Below, piece after piece: positions 14,443-25,500 of a stretch of DNA of 55,322 nucleotides. The DNA is from a virus (Duplodnaviria; Caudoviricetes), in the IMG/VR virus record IMGVR_UViG_3300037584_004943, positions 1 to 55,322 of that record, one strand, 5' to 3'. Under the pieces are notes generated by a model that was given only the letters and a program-made list of their open reading frames with translations, did no database searches and was not told the origin of the DNA. Made by a program: the position numbers and the translations under genes. The first letter of the stretch is position 1; each line of letters starts with the position of its first letter.

Positions 14443-16866
14443 ATGGCTGAGTCAGTTGTAAGTAATTATTTTCCTAGTCAAGTTGTTAGCGACTTAGAGA
14501 AAATTAGCTATGAGTATGGTTTGAAAATAGCAAAAGGTATTGAACAAGAATGGTTCAAGAACGAAAGAAACTACGCTAACAGTAGGTTTAGAAATATAAA
14601 AAACGATTTTCATAGATTAAGGCTTTACGCTCGAGGTGAACAATCGATACAAAAATATAAAGATGAGTTATCTATCAATGGTGACTTAAGCTACTTAAAC
14701 TTAGACTGGACTCCAGTTCCGATTATTCCGAAGTTTGTTGATATTGTAGTAAACGGTATAGCTGAAAGAACTTATGATATTAAAGCATACTCTCAAGATC
14801 CTTATGGTGTAGAACAAAGAACTCAATATATGGAGTCTATACTAAAAGATATGAGAACTAGCAGTTTTAACGACACTGTTCAAGAAGCTTTTGGAATAAA
14901 CATCTACGAAAACGATCCAAATACTTTACCTAAAAGTGAAGAAGAGCTAGCGTTGCACATGCAGTTAACTTACAAACAAGCTGTTGAGTTAGCTGAAGAG
15001 CAAGCTTTGAAAGTTTTAATGGAGGGTAACAACTACGAGTTGATTAAAAAGAGATTTTTCTACGATTTAACAGTACTAGGTATTGGTGCTGTTAAAACTT
15101 CTTTTAATACTTCTGAGGGTGCTAAGGTAGAATACGTTGATCCTGCGGATATAGTTTATTCAAGAACAGACTCTCCATATTTTGATGATATATACTACGT
15201 TGGTGAAGTTAAAGAAATACCTGTAAACGAACTGGTAAAACAATTTCCACATTTAGATCAAGCGGAGATTGAAGATATAATGAAAAACAAAGGTGTTACT
15301 TACGCTAACAATTCAAACAAAAGGTATCACGAAGACGATGGAAATAAAGTAGAGGTTTTGTATTTTAATTACAAAACTTACATGAATGAAGTTTACAAAG
15401 TAAAAGAAACTGGTACTGGTGCTGACAAGGCTATAGAGAAAGATGATACGTTTAATCCTCCTGAAAACTTAGAAGGAAGTTTTATGAAACTTCAGAGACA
15501 AGTTGAAGTTTTATACGACGGCGCTTTAATATTAGGCACAGACAAACTTCTTAAGTGGGAAATGGCCAAGAATATGATTAGACCTAAAAGTGATTACACT
15601 AAGGTTAAAATGAATTATTCTATAGTAGCACCAAGAATGTATAATGGTAAAATTGAATCATTAGTTAGTAGAACAACTGGTTTTGCTGATATGATTCAGC
15701 TTACACATTTAAAGCTACAGCAGGTAATGTCACGTATGATACCAGATGGTATATACTTAGATGCTGATGGTTTAGCTGAAATAGATTTAGGTAACGGAAC
15801 AAACTATAATCCACAAGAAGCTTTAAACATGTTCTTTCAAACAGGTTCTGTTATTGGTAGATCAATGAATGAGCTTGGCGAAGGAAATCCTGGTAGAGTA
15901 CCTATACAAGAAATAGCTAGTGGAAGTGGTGGTCAGAAACTACAGGCGCTTATAGGTAATTACAACTACTATCTACAGATGATACGTGACGTCACCGGAC
16001 TTAACGAAGCTAGAGATGGTAGTATGCCAGATAAAAACGCTTTAGTAGGTGTGCAAAAGCTTGCTGCTGCAAACTCTAACACTGCTACTAGACATATATT
16101 ACAGTCTGGTCTATTTTTAACATCTCAAGTTGCAGAGTGTTTATCTCTTAGAATATCTGATATTATAGAGTACTCACCAACTAGAGACGCGTTCATACAA
16201 TCTATAGGCGCTCACAACGTTGCTACGCTAGAAGAAATGTCAAATCTACACTTATATGACTTTGGTATATTCTTAGAGTTGTCGCCAGACGAAGAAGAAA
16301 AAGCATTATTAGAGAATAATATCCAAATGGCTTTATCTGCTAATCTTATAGAGCTTTCAGATGCTATAGATCTTAGAGAGATTAGAAATATAAAGCTAGC
16401 TAATCAATTGTTAAAAATAAGAAGACAAGAGAAGTTAGAGCGTGATCAAATGATGCAACAGCAAAACATGCAAGCTCAAGCACAAGCTAACGCTCAGTCG
16501 CAACAAGTGGCGGCTCAAGCTGAAATGCAGAAGAATCAAGCAATGACTCAATCTCAAATACAATTAGAGCAAGCTAAGTCTGAACTTAAGATGCAGCAGA
16601 TGATGCAAGAAGTCGAGGTTAAAAAACAACTTATGGATCACGAGTTTTATATAAACTACACTTTAAAGCAGATGGAAGTTGATGCGTTAAAAGGTAGAGA
16701 AAAAGAAAAAGAAGATCGCAAAGATGAAAGAACTAGAATACAAGCCTCACAACAAAGTGAGCTTATAGATCAAAGAAAAGCAGGTAAGCCTCCTAAAAAG
16801 TTTGAATCTGCCGGTAATGATATACTCGGAGGTGGATTTAACTTAGGATCGTTTGAACCTAGTTAA
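14443..16866 (+). CDS. portal protein
   Basis: 807 aa after terL; IIPKFVDIVVNG, TGLNEAR.G motifs; Q-rich C-terminal helical barrel. Confidence 0.85.
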   Translation: MAESVVSNYFPSQVVSDLEKISYEYGLKIAKGIEQEWFKNERNYANSRFRNIKNDFHRLRLYARGEQSIQKYKDELSINGDLSYLNLDWTPVPIIPKFVDIVVNGIAERTYDIKAYSQDPYGVEQRTQYMESILKDMRTSSFNDTVQEAFGINIYENDPNTLPKSEEELALHMQLTYKQAVELAEEQALKVLMEGNNYELIKKRFFYDLTVLGIGAVKTSFNTSEGAKVEYVDPADIVYSRTDSPYFDDIYYVGEVKEIPVNELVKQFPHLDQAEIEDIMKNKGVTYANNSNKRYHEDDGNKVEVLYFNYKTYMNEVYKVKETGTGADKAIEKDDTFNPPENLEGSFMKLQRQVEVLYDGALILGTDKLLKWEMAKNMIRPKSDYTKVKMNYSIVAPRMYNGKIESLVSRTTGFADMIQLTHLKLQQVMSRMIPDGIYLDADGLAEIDLGNGTNYNPQEALNMFFQTGSVIGRSMNELGEGNPGRVPIQEIASGSGGQKLQALIGNYNYYLQMIRDVTGLNEARDGSMPDKNALVGVQKLAAANSNTATRHILQSGLFLTSQVAECLSLRISDIIEYSPTRDAFIQSIGAHNVATLEEMSNLHLYDFGIFLELSPDEEEKALLENNIQMALSANLIELSDAIDLREIRNIKLANQLLKIRRQEKLERDQMMQQQNMQAQAQANAQSQQVAAQAEMQKNQAMTQSQIQLEQAKSELKMQQMMQEVEVKKQLMDHEFYINYTLKQMEVDALKGREKEKEDRKDERTRIQASQQSELIDQRKAGKPPKKFESAGNDILGGGFNLGSFEPS

Positions 16867-16892
16867 ACACTTAATTTTTTATATTTTATATT

Positions 16893-18062
16893 ATGGAACA
16901 AGAATTAGAAAACGTTGAGGAAACTCAACAAACAGAAGAAACTAAATTTGAATCTGCTGGAGACGATAGCGTTTATAAAGTAGATTTAAGCAAACCACCA
17001 ACACAAGATGAAAAACCAGAAGAAACAGAGGAAGCTCCAACAAGTGAGGCTGACGACTCAGGAGTGGCTGGAGGGGATGAAAGTACCCCAACCGCAGAGG
17101 AACAAGAAGAAGTACAAACGGAAGGAGAAGTACAAGAAGAACTACCAGTACTAGAAGAAGTAGTAGAAGAGGAAGTTGAAGAGACGGTGGAGGCTGTAGA
17201 AGAAGCGATAGCTGAAGCAGAAGCTACTGGTGAGCCTTTACCTGAAAACATTCAAAAGTTAGTAGACTTTATGAATGAAACTGGCGGAGACATTAACGAC
17301 TACGTGAGATTAAATCAGGATTATTCAGATATGGATAATCTTACAGTTTTGCAAGAGTTTTACAAGCAAACAAAACCTCACTTAGATGCAGAAGAAAGAG
17401 CTTTCTTAATGGAAGAAAACTTTTCTTTTGATGAAGAAGTTGATGATGAAAAAGATATTAGAAAAAAGAAAATAGCCTTAAAAGAGCAAGTTGCCGAGGC
17501 TAAAGCCTACTTAGACGGGCAAAAGTCTAAATATTACGATGAGATTAAAGCTGGTTCAAAACTAACTGCTGAACAGCAGAAAGCAATGGATTTCTTTAAT
17601 CGATATAACAAAGAGTCAGAGGAGACTCAAGCTAAAGCTAAAAAGCTTAATGATGTATTTAATAATAAAACTGAAAATGTTTTCAACGACAAGTTCAAAG
17701 GTTTTGAATATAACGTCGGAGATAAAAAATACAGATTTAACGTTAAAAATGCTAATGAAGTAAAAGGTACTCAAAGCGACATTAATAACTTTGTCAAAAA
17801 GTTTTTGAACGAAGATGGAACAATGTCAGACGCTAAGGGTTACCACAAATCACTTTATACAGCAATGAATGCAGATGCTATAGCTCAGCATTTCTATGAA
17901 CAAGGTAAGGCCGATGCTTTAAAAGATAGTATAGCTAAATCTAAAAATATAGATATGGCACCACGTCAAAATCATAAAGAGTTTGAAGCTGGTGGAGTTA
18001 AAGTTAGGGTTTTAGGTGATGATTCTTCTGATTACAAGTTTAAAATTAGAAAAAGAAAATAA
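16893..18062 (+). CDS. acidic scaffolding-like protein
   Basis: Glu-rich disordered N-terminus, coiled coils; between portal and capsid. Confidence 0.7.
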   Translation: MEQELENVEETQQTEETKFESAGDDSVYKVDLSKPPTQDEKPEETEEAPTSEADDSGVAGGDESTPTAEEQEEVQTEGEVQEELPVLEEVVEEEVEETVEAVEEAIAEAEATGEPLPENIQKLVDFMNETGGDINDYVRLNQDYSDMDNLTVLQEFYKQTKPHLDAEERAFLMEENFSFDEEVDDEKDIRKKKIALKEQVAEAKAYLDGQKSKYYDEIKAGSKLTAEQQKAMDFFNRYNKESEETQAKAKKLNDVFNNKTENVFNDKFKGFEYNVGDKKYRFNVKNANEVKGTQSDINNFVKKFLNEDGTMSDAKGYHKSLYTAMNADAIAQHFYEQGKADALKDSIAKSKNIDMAPRQNHKEFEAGGVKVRVLGDDSSDYKFKIRKRK

Positions 18063-18090
18063 TTTATTTAACGCTTAAAATTTATTTAAA

Positions 18091-19524
18091 ATGGCAATTA
18101 CTAGAGGAGCTCAGACTCGTGGCGCTGCGGTACAAGCAGTTACATCTGAGAATTATTTAGACATCCAAAACAATGGATGGGCACAGCAATATTTGCCTGA
18201 TTTGATGGAAAAAGAAGCAGAAGTTTTCGGTAAGAGAACTATCTCTGGTTTCCTTTCTCAAGTTGGTGCAGAAGAAGCTATGTCTGCTGATCAAGTTATT
18301 TGGTCAGAACAAGGAAGATTACACTTGTCTTATATCTGTGACATGGTAGATGTTACAGCAAGTACTATCAACATCTTAACTGATATTGACGGTGTTGCTC
18401 AAACTACTACTCACGGTATTCGTGTAGGTGATATGGTATTGATCTCAGGTGGAGGTCAAACAGTTACAGCTCGCGTAAGCGTTGCTGCTGCTGCTAACCA
18501 AACTATTACAGTAGAACCTTATGGTTTTGCAGAAATGACAAACGCTGGTTTCGTTAACGGAGACAACGCTTGTACTATTTTAGTGTTTGGTTCTGAATAT
18601 GCAAAAGGAACAGCTTATTTAGGTGCTCGTTCTAACGAACCACAGTTCACTACTTTTACTAACAAGCCTATCATCATGAAAGACATGTATGAGGTTTCAG
18701 GATCTGATGTTGCTCAAATTGGTTGGGTAGAAGTTTCTGGTGAAGATGGACAAAACGGATACTACTGGTATTTGAAAGCTGAAGGTGATACTCGCGCTCG
18801 TTTTACTGATTACTGTGAAATGGCACTAGTTGAAGCTGAATTAGTTGATGCTGCTTCTACTATCGCTCTACCTACTGATGGTGGTGCTGGAACTGCAGGT
18901 ACTGAAGGTTTATTCGCTGCTATTACTGCTAGAGGTCACCAAACTTCTGGTGTTACTGGTGTTAATTCTGCTACTGACCTTGCTGAGTTTGACTTAATCT
19001 TAGCTGAATTCGATCGTAACGGTGCTATTGAAGAAAATATGTTATTTGTAAATAGAGCTACCGCTCTTGCGATTGATGACATGTTAGCTTCTATGAACTC
19101 TCACGGAGCTGGTGGTACTTCTTACGGAGTATTTGACAACTCTGAAGATATGGCATTAAACTTAGGATTCTCTGGATTCCGTAGAGGTTCTTATGACTTC
19201 TATAAGTCTGACTGGAAATACTTGAACGACTTATCTACTCGTGGTGGTGTTAACCTTACTGCTACAGGTGGAGAAGCTATTCGTGGTGTTATTATCCCAG
19301 CTGGTGTATCTTCGGTTTACGATCAAGCATTAGGAAAGAACCTTAAACGTCCTTTCTTACACGTTCGTTACCGTGCTTCACAAATGGAAAGTAGAAAGAT
19401 GAAAACATGGATCACTGGTTCTGTTGGAGCTGCTACTTCTGATTTAGATGCAATGACTGTGAACTTCTTAACTGAAAGATGTTTAGTTACTCAAGGTGCT
19501 AACAACTTTATGTTAATGAACTAA
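18091..19524 (+). CDS. major capsid protein
   Basis: 477 aa; position after scaffold; strong codon bias; followed by a terminator. Confidence 0.85.
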   Translation: MAITRGAQTRGAAVQAVTSENYLDIQNNGWAQQYLPDLMEKEAEVFGKRTISGFLSQVGAEEAMSADQVIWSEQGRLHLSYICDMVDVTASTINILTDIDGVAQTTTHGIRVGDMVLISGGGQTVTARVSVAAAANQTITVEPYGFAEMTNAGFVNGDNACTILVFGSEYAKGTAYLGARSNEPQFTTFTNKPIIMKDMYEVSGSDVAQIGWVEVSGEDGQNGYYWYLKAEGDTRARFTDYCEMALVEAELVDAASTIALPTDGGAGTAGTEGLFAAITARGHQTSGVTGVNSATDLAEFDLILAEFDRNGAIEENMLFVNRATALAIDDMLASMNSHGAGGTSYGVFDNSEDMALNLGFSGFRRGSYDFYKSDWKYLNDLSTRGGVNLTATGGEAIRGVIIPAGVSSVYDQALGKNLKRPFLHVRYRASQMESRKMKTWITGSVGAATSDLDAMTVNFLTERCLVTQGANNFMLMN

Positions 19525-19536
19525 CATATTATTTAA

Positions 19537-19570
19537 GGTCGAGGGCTTCGGTCCTCGATCTTTTATTTTT
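19537..19570 (+). terminator. intrinsic terminator after capsid gene
   Basis: GGTCGAGGGC-TTCG-GTCCTCGATC followed by TTTTATTTTT. Confidence 0.9.
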
Positions 19571-19593
19571 AATTTTTTATTATATTTTATATT

Positions 19594-20439
19594 ATGGCAA
19601 AGAAACAAAACAAAAAGGTAGAGGTGGAAGAGCCTCAAGTATCAGCGGCAAACGAAATGATTGAAGTTGCTGTTGAAACACCTAAGGTACAAGCTAAACC
19701 AAAAGCTAAAAAAGATACTTGGGAGATAAAGGATAGAACGTATCTTTTAACACGTGGTAAAAAACCATTAAGTAAGTCTATTAAAAGTTGTGACATACAT
19801 TGGTTTGACGAAGAGAAAGGCTACGAAAGAGAATTGAAATATTGTTCTAACCAAAGAACAATGTTTGTAGATGAAATGAAAGGTGATCAAAGGTTAGAGC
19901 ATATTGTTTTTAGAAACGGTGTTTTATATGTTCCTAGAGAAAAAACTATTCTACAAAAACTTTTATCTTTATATCACCCAATGAGAGATAAAATCTACGA
20001 AGAACTAAAACCACAAGTGCAAGCTGCTAATCAAGTTGAGGTTATCGAGATGGAATTAGAAGCTTTAAATGCAGCTGTAGGTTTAGATATTGATATGGCA
20101 GAAGCTGTAATGCGTGCAGAAATAGGTTCTAAAGTATCAGAGATGAGTTCTAAGGAACTTAAAAGAGATTTACTAGTGTTTGCAAAGAAAAACCCAGGTT
20201 TATTCTTAGAGCTAGTAAATGATGATAATGTTCAATTAAGAAACTTTGGTATCAAAGCAACTGAAATGAATATTATCAAGTTATCTCAAGATCAACGTAC
20301 ATTTACTTGGGGATCTAACGATAGAAAACTAATGACTGTACCGTTTGACGAGCATCCTTATTCAGCTTTAGCCTCTTGGTTTAAAACTGACGAAGGAATG
20401 GAGGTATACTCCAACATAGAAAAACGCCTAAACGCGTAA
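19594..20439 (+). CDS. morphogenesis protein downstream of MCP
   Basis: 281-aa ORF in structural operon. Confidence 0.7.
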   Translation: MAKKQNKKVEVEEPQVSAANEMIEVAVETPKVQAKPKAKKDTWEIKDRTYLLTRGKKPLSKSIKSCDIHWFDEEKGYERELKYCSNQRTMFVDEMKGDQRLEHIVFRNGVLYVPREKTILQKLLSLYHPMRDKIYEELKPQVQAANQVEVIEMELEALNAAVGLDIDMAEAVMRAEIGSKVSEMSSKELKRDLLVFAKKNPGLFLELVNDDNVQLRNFGIKATEMNIIKLSQDQRTFTWGSNDRKLMTVPFDEHPYSALASWFKTDEGMEVYSNIEKRLNA

Positions 20440-20450
20440 TCACTATATAG

Positions 20451-20485
20451 TAGAGCAGCCACTCTGTTATAGGGTGGTTGCTTTA
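20451..20485 (+). terminator. 15-bp hairpin (terminator or processing stem)
   Basis: TAGAGCAGCCACTCT-GTTAT-AGGGTGGTTGCTTTA; G.U pairs work only in plus sense; weak U tract. Confidence 0.55.
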
Positions 20486-20503
20486 ACTATAAAACAAAAC
20501 ATA

Positions 20504-21694
20504 ATGGCAGTTAATATAAATACAGTTTATCAAAGAGTTTTGGCAATTGCCAACAAAGAACAAAGAGGTTATATTACTCCTCAAGAATTTAATATACTTG
20601 CCAATCAAGCTCAGATGGATATATTTGAGCAATACTTTTACGACACAAATCAATTTAAAAGAGTTCCTGGTAACAATACAGTAGACTCTGATATGCTTAG
20701 GGTTTTAGATGAAAAACTTGCGCCGTTTAAGTCAACAACTATTTTAACAGATAACTCTGAAGAGATAACTCAGTCGACGTTTGAATCTGGATCTGTTGAT
20801 GCTTCTTGGAACGATTCTACAGGAAACAACTCTGTAGCTAGTGTAGTAGCTGACGCCAACAACAATTATACCCCTAGTCTAAAGCTTATAAACGATGGAT
20901 CTAATTCTGATCCTGATGTTTTTGCTTCTTTAACTTTAAGTACTTCTACAAGATATAGATTAACAGTAGATGTATCTTACGCTAACGATCCCGACGGCGT
21001 TGGTGACTGGGTGGGAATGAAATTAGCAGCTAGACCTGCTACTAGCAGTATTGATGGTGTTACTTTAAAAGATTTTCAAGTAGAAACTGGCGGTAGCTAC
21101 TCTATAGATTTTGATGTTTTAGATGATGAAGGACTTGGTGCTGCTACAGAACTTTATTATATTTTTGTAGGTTTAGATGAATCTACTCAAGATAATACTG
21201 AAATTCATTTTTCTAAAATATCAGTTAGCGCTATAGATAATAAAACTTTACCAACAGATCTCTATAGAATAAAAAACGTATATATAAACGAATTTACTAC
21301 TGGAAAAAACTATGAGTGCTCTTATTTAACAGAGTTTGAGGCTAAGATGAGAGACAACAGTCCTTTAACTACCCCAACAAAAACTAGACCTGTCTTTTAT
21401 AGAAGCTCTGCTACGGAAATAACAACGCTACCAGATGTTGCTACAGTTGGATCTGATAGAGTTTACGTAGTATATATTAAAAAACCAGTGGAAGTTAAAT
21501 GGGGTTATGCTGTTATTCAAAACGAAGCATTATATAATTCAGGCACATCAGTTGATTTTGAGTTGCACGCTTCTGAAGAGGTTAATCTAGTTCACAGAAT
21601 ACTTAAGCTTGCTAGCATTATGATGAAAGACGCTTCTCTATATCAAACGTCTTTACAAGAAGAAACAATAGATATTCAACAGGAAAAACAATAG
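20504..21694 (+). CDS. tail tubular/adaptor protein with inserted beta-sandwich (start reassigned to 20504)
   Basis: N-terminal NKEQRGYITPQEFN..ANQAQ and C-terminal YIKKP..VKW...DFELH; central acidic insert. Confidence 0.65.
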   Translation: MAVNINTVYQRVLAIANKEQRGYITPQEFNILANQAQMDIFEQYFYDTNQFKRVPGNNTVDSDMLRVLDEKLAPFKSTTILTDNSEEITQSTFESGSVDASWNDSTGNNSVASVVADANNNYTPSLKLINDGSNSDPDVFASLTLSTSTRYRLTVDVSYANDPDGVGDWVGMKLAARPATSSIDGVTLKDFQVETGGSYSIDFDVLDDEGLGAATELYYIFVGLDESTQDNTEIHFSKISVSAIDNKTLPTDLYRIKNVYINEFTTGKNYECSYLTEFEAKMRDNSPLTTPTKTRPVFYRSSATEITTLPDVATVGSDRVYVVYIKKPVEVKWGYAVIQNEALYNSGTSVDFELHASEEVNLVHRILKLASIMMKDASLYQTSLQEETIDIQQEKQ

Positions 21695-21697
21695 TAA

Positions 21698-22576
21698 ATG
21701 GGTTTATTAGACGGAACAACTGGATCAGCGTATTATAATGGTAGTGATTTTGGTAACTATCAATTTACTTCTTTAGACGATGTTATAACTCAATTTATGG
21801 TGGCTTACGTCGGAGAAGATAAGATAATACCTAAAATGAATAGAATTGACGTAGCGTTCTTTGCTCAAAGAGCTTTACAGGAATTAAGCTTTGACACTTT
21901 TAAATGTACTAAAGCTTACGAAGTAGAAGTTCCTGCTACGTTAAAAATGCCTTTACCTCAAGATTATGTTAACTATGTTAAGCTTTCTTGGAGTGACAAC
22001 TCTGGTATACAACACGTAATATATCCAGCTATAAATACTAGCAACCCTTCTAATCTAGCACAGACTACAGATGGTGCTTCTCCTTATTACACTTTTACTA
22101 ATAACGAGTTAGTATTAACTACAGAGTCTGATACGTCTACAAACTATGCCGCTAACACTCCTGTTGAAAATCAAGACGATTATGACGATGATGATTATGA
22201 TCACTTAATAGGTCAAAGATACGGATTAGATCCACAGTACTCTCAAAACAACGGATCTTTTTACATAGACGATATTAGAGGTTTTATACACTTCAGTTCT
22301 AATATTTCTGGTAAAACTGTAATATTAAAATACATAAGTGATAGCCTTGGAACTGATGCTGAAATGCAGGTTCACAAGCTTGCTGAAGAAGCTATGTATA
22401 AAAATATAGCTTACGCGATAGTTTCTACAAGAGCTAACATGCCTCAAAACATAGTAATGAGATTACGTAGAGAAGCTTTCGCTGCTAAACGCCAAGCAAA
22501 GCTTAGACTATCAAATATTAAATTAGAAGAGATTACTCAAGTACTAAGAGGTAAATCTAAACATATAAAACACTAG
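21698..22576 (+). CDS. tail tubular/ring protein
   Basis: LPQDYVNYVK, ILKYISD motifs; structural operon position. Confidence 0.65.
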   Translation: MGLLDGTTGSAYYNGSDFGNYQFTSLDDVITQFMVAYVGEDKIIPKMNRIDVAFFAQRALQELSFDTFKCTKAYEVEVPATLKMPLPQDYVNYVKLSWSDNSGIQHVIYPAINTSNPSNLAQTTDGASPYYTFTNNELVLTTESDTSTNYAANTPVENQDDYDDDDYDHLIGQRYGLDPQYSQNNGSFYIDDIRGFIHFSSNISGKTVILKYISDSLGTDAEMQVHKLAEEAMYKNIAYAIVSTRANMPQNIVMRLRREAFAAKRQAKLRLSNIKLEEITQVLRGKSKHIKH

Positions 22577-22579
22577 TCA

Positions 22580-25500
22580 ATGCCTGAGTTGAAAAGAAAT
22601 TTCCTTAAAGGTCGCATGAACAAAGACCTTGACGAGCGTCTTATATCCAATGGCGAATATAGAGATGCATTAAATATTCAAGTATCTACATCAGAAGGTT
22701 CCAACGTCGGAACTGCTCAAAACGTAAAAGGTAACCTAAAGGTAGGAGTTGATGCTGGATTTTCAGCTCAAGCAAATGTTGTTAGGCTAGGCGTTCCAGC
22801 AGCTCTTGGTTTAAGTGATTTTGAAGCTGTATCTTTATCTGGATTTGAAACACAACTTAGAAATATAGACAGCGCTAACACTGTTGGTTCTTTCAAACAT
22901 CAAACAACTGGTAAGGTTTACAACTTCGTAAACAACGCTGTTGACTTATATACTAGTAATAATATATCTCCTGGGGAAGCTGCTGCTTCGTTAACGCCTT
23001 ATGGATACGATAACGACATGAGTCCAGAATCAACATACTCAGGTACTGGAACTAGAAAAGAAGGTATACGATATGACGCTATATTTGAATATACTCCTTC
23101 TGTAAATGATGACGAAGGCACGTATAAAACAATATTTAGAGATGTTTATGAAGTTAGATTCGCTCCTCAAAATACAGCATATTTTACCTTAAACGCAGCT
23201 GGCGTAGCAACAGATGTTATTGTAAAAGCTCCAATGCACCTTGGTGCAACTGAAGAACTTGCCACTGACAACATTATAAGTGGTTTTCCAACAGAAACAT
23301 GTACAGATGAAAACGGCAATACTTATGTTAAGGCTCTTGGAGTAAAAAAAGGTATGAGGGCTAAGTGTATAGGTCCTAATGGAGATGATCTATGGGGCTT
23401 TTCTGAGGTTAGAGTAACAGACGTTCCTCTACTAAATTCTTTTTACTTTGAAGGTAGAGGCGCAGTTATTATAACTTCTTTATCTAACGAAGTTCACTAT
23501 AATACAGAAATTAGAAACGCTGGGTACGTCATTCAATTTACATCTGACAGGGTTTTAAATTTTGAATCTGGAAATAAAGAAGTAGAAACAAATACTACAG
23601 CTCAAAATTCTACGTTTACTCCTAAGAACAAGATAATAACAGGTATAAACATAATAGATGATTTATTATTTTTCACAGACGGTAGAACAGAGCCGAAAAA
23701 AATAAATATAAAAAGATCTTTAGAAGGAACTGACCAAAAAAAATATTCTCACACTAGATTAGAGAAAAGTATTTATTCAACACCAGTTTCAGAAGAGCAT
23801 GTTACCGTAATCAAAAAGAATCCCACAACACCACCCCTTGTAGAATTAAAAAATACAATTACAAGATCAGGGGATGTTTACATGGAAGCTAACAATGGTA
23901 TATACGACGGTGAAAGCGTTGGTACCAATGGTAACGTTAATGCTTTAGCTTATTACTCTGAAGCAACAACATCTATAGTAAGATCTTACACTGGAAATAA
24001 TTCAGATTCTTTAGACTTCGTGGGAGGCTTACTTGCTTTTGTAAAAGCTAACGGTGACCCAAACCAGCCTGGCGACCAAAAATATATATATTTAGACGAA
24101 GGTAATGTTCACTGGAGGCCTAATGATGAAATAAAGCTTACCGGGCTTACCACTGGATCTGTTGTTACTGTTAGAATTAGGTTAAACGCAAACGGTACCG
24201 CTAGAAGGTGGAGCGAAGGAGGGATTTTTCGTAGAATGAATGTAGAGGTTGTAGCAAACGATCCTAACACTGTTTTCAATCAACAAGGAGAAATATGGTT
24301 TGGAGAGTTAGCCGACAGTTCTAGTAAGAACTTTTACGATGAAAAGTTTGTCTCTTTTGCATATAGATATAAATATATAGATGGAGAAATTTCTTGTATA
24401 TCTCCATATTCTACGCCAGCTTTCTTACCAGGTAGATATTCGTACAATTCTCTTCAGGCTGCTAACGAGGGTATGGAGAATAATATAGACTCTATAGTTT
24501 TGAAAAACTTCGTACCTTCTAATATTTCTGAAAACGTACAAGAAATACAATTATTGTATAGAGATCACGAGTTTGATACTACACACATATTCAAAACCGT
24601 TGAAAAAGGAGAGTATGATTTTACATATAGTTCCTATGACTCAGAAGGAAATTATTCTCCTCAAGCAAAAGGTTGTATTACTATAAATACAGAACTATTT
24701 GGTCAGATGATACCGGTGTTGCAGTTAGACAGAATATTTGATGATGTTCCTATAAGCGCTAGAGCTCAAGAGTTTTCTGCTGGTAGGTTGATGTTTGGAA
24801 ACTATATTAAAGATTACAACATAACAAATCCTTTTGGAGAAAAAATACAACCTAGTTTAAATTATACTTTAGGCACTAATGAGTTTCAAACTTTAGATAT
24901 TAGTTACTCTAAAACAGGGTTTTTAAAATCTAACGCTACTGAACACCGAGGTAATGTGTTAAATGAGTTTGATGACAGTGGTGATCCTGTAATACGAAAT
25001 TATCAGTCTTTAGAGGGTAGCACTTTAAAAGGTCTTATTGACACAGATATGGGTGGCACAGCCGCAAACGGTGAAGGATTAATAAGCAATCATAAAATAG
25101 GTGGTGGTTTAGAAAGAATACCTAATATACTTGTAAATAGTATTCCTGAACTAAATGATGACAATAGCGATACTACTTCTAGTGATGGTAAACCAACAAA
25201 AGCTCATTGGCCAATAGGAACTTGGAGTGAAGCTCCTAATCAAGGTGATTTAGATTTTGGAAGTGGTCACTATCCTGAAATAAACGGTTTATTAAACAAC
25301 GAGGCTATTTTAATAGATAAAAATGATATAAGAGCTAACTACGATTTAAAAGACCAGCTTGATAATGGTAGTAGCTGGTATAACCAAGCCGTGAATATAA
25401 TTGAGGGTGTAAACGACTTTAACAACCCAAAGTGGTGGGGAAGATGGAAGTTTAAAATAAACTTTAGCGATGAGCTTATTGACGCTGGAAATATTTTTTC

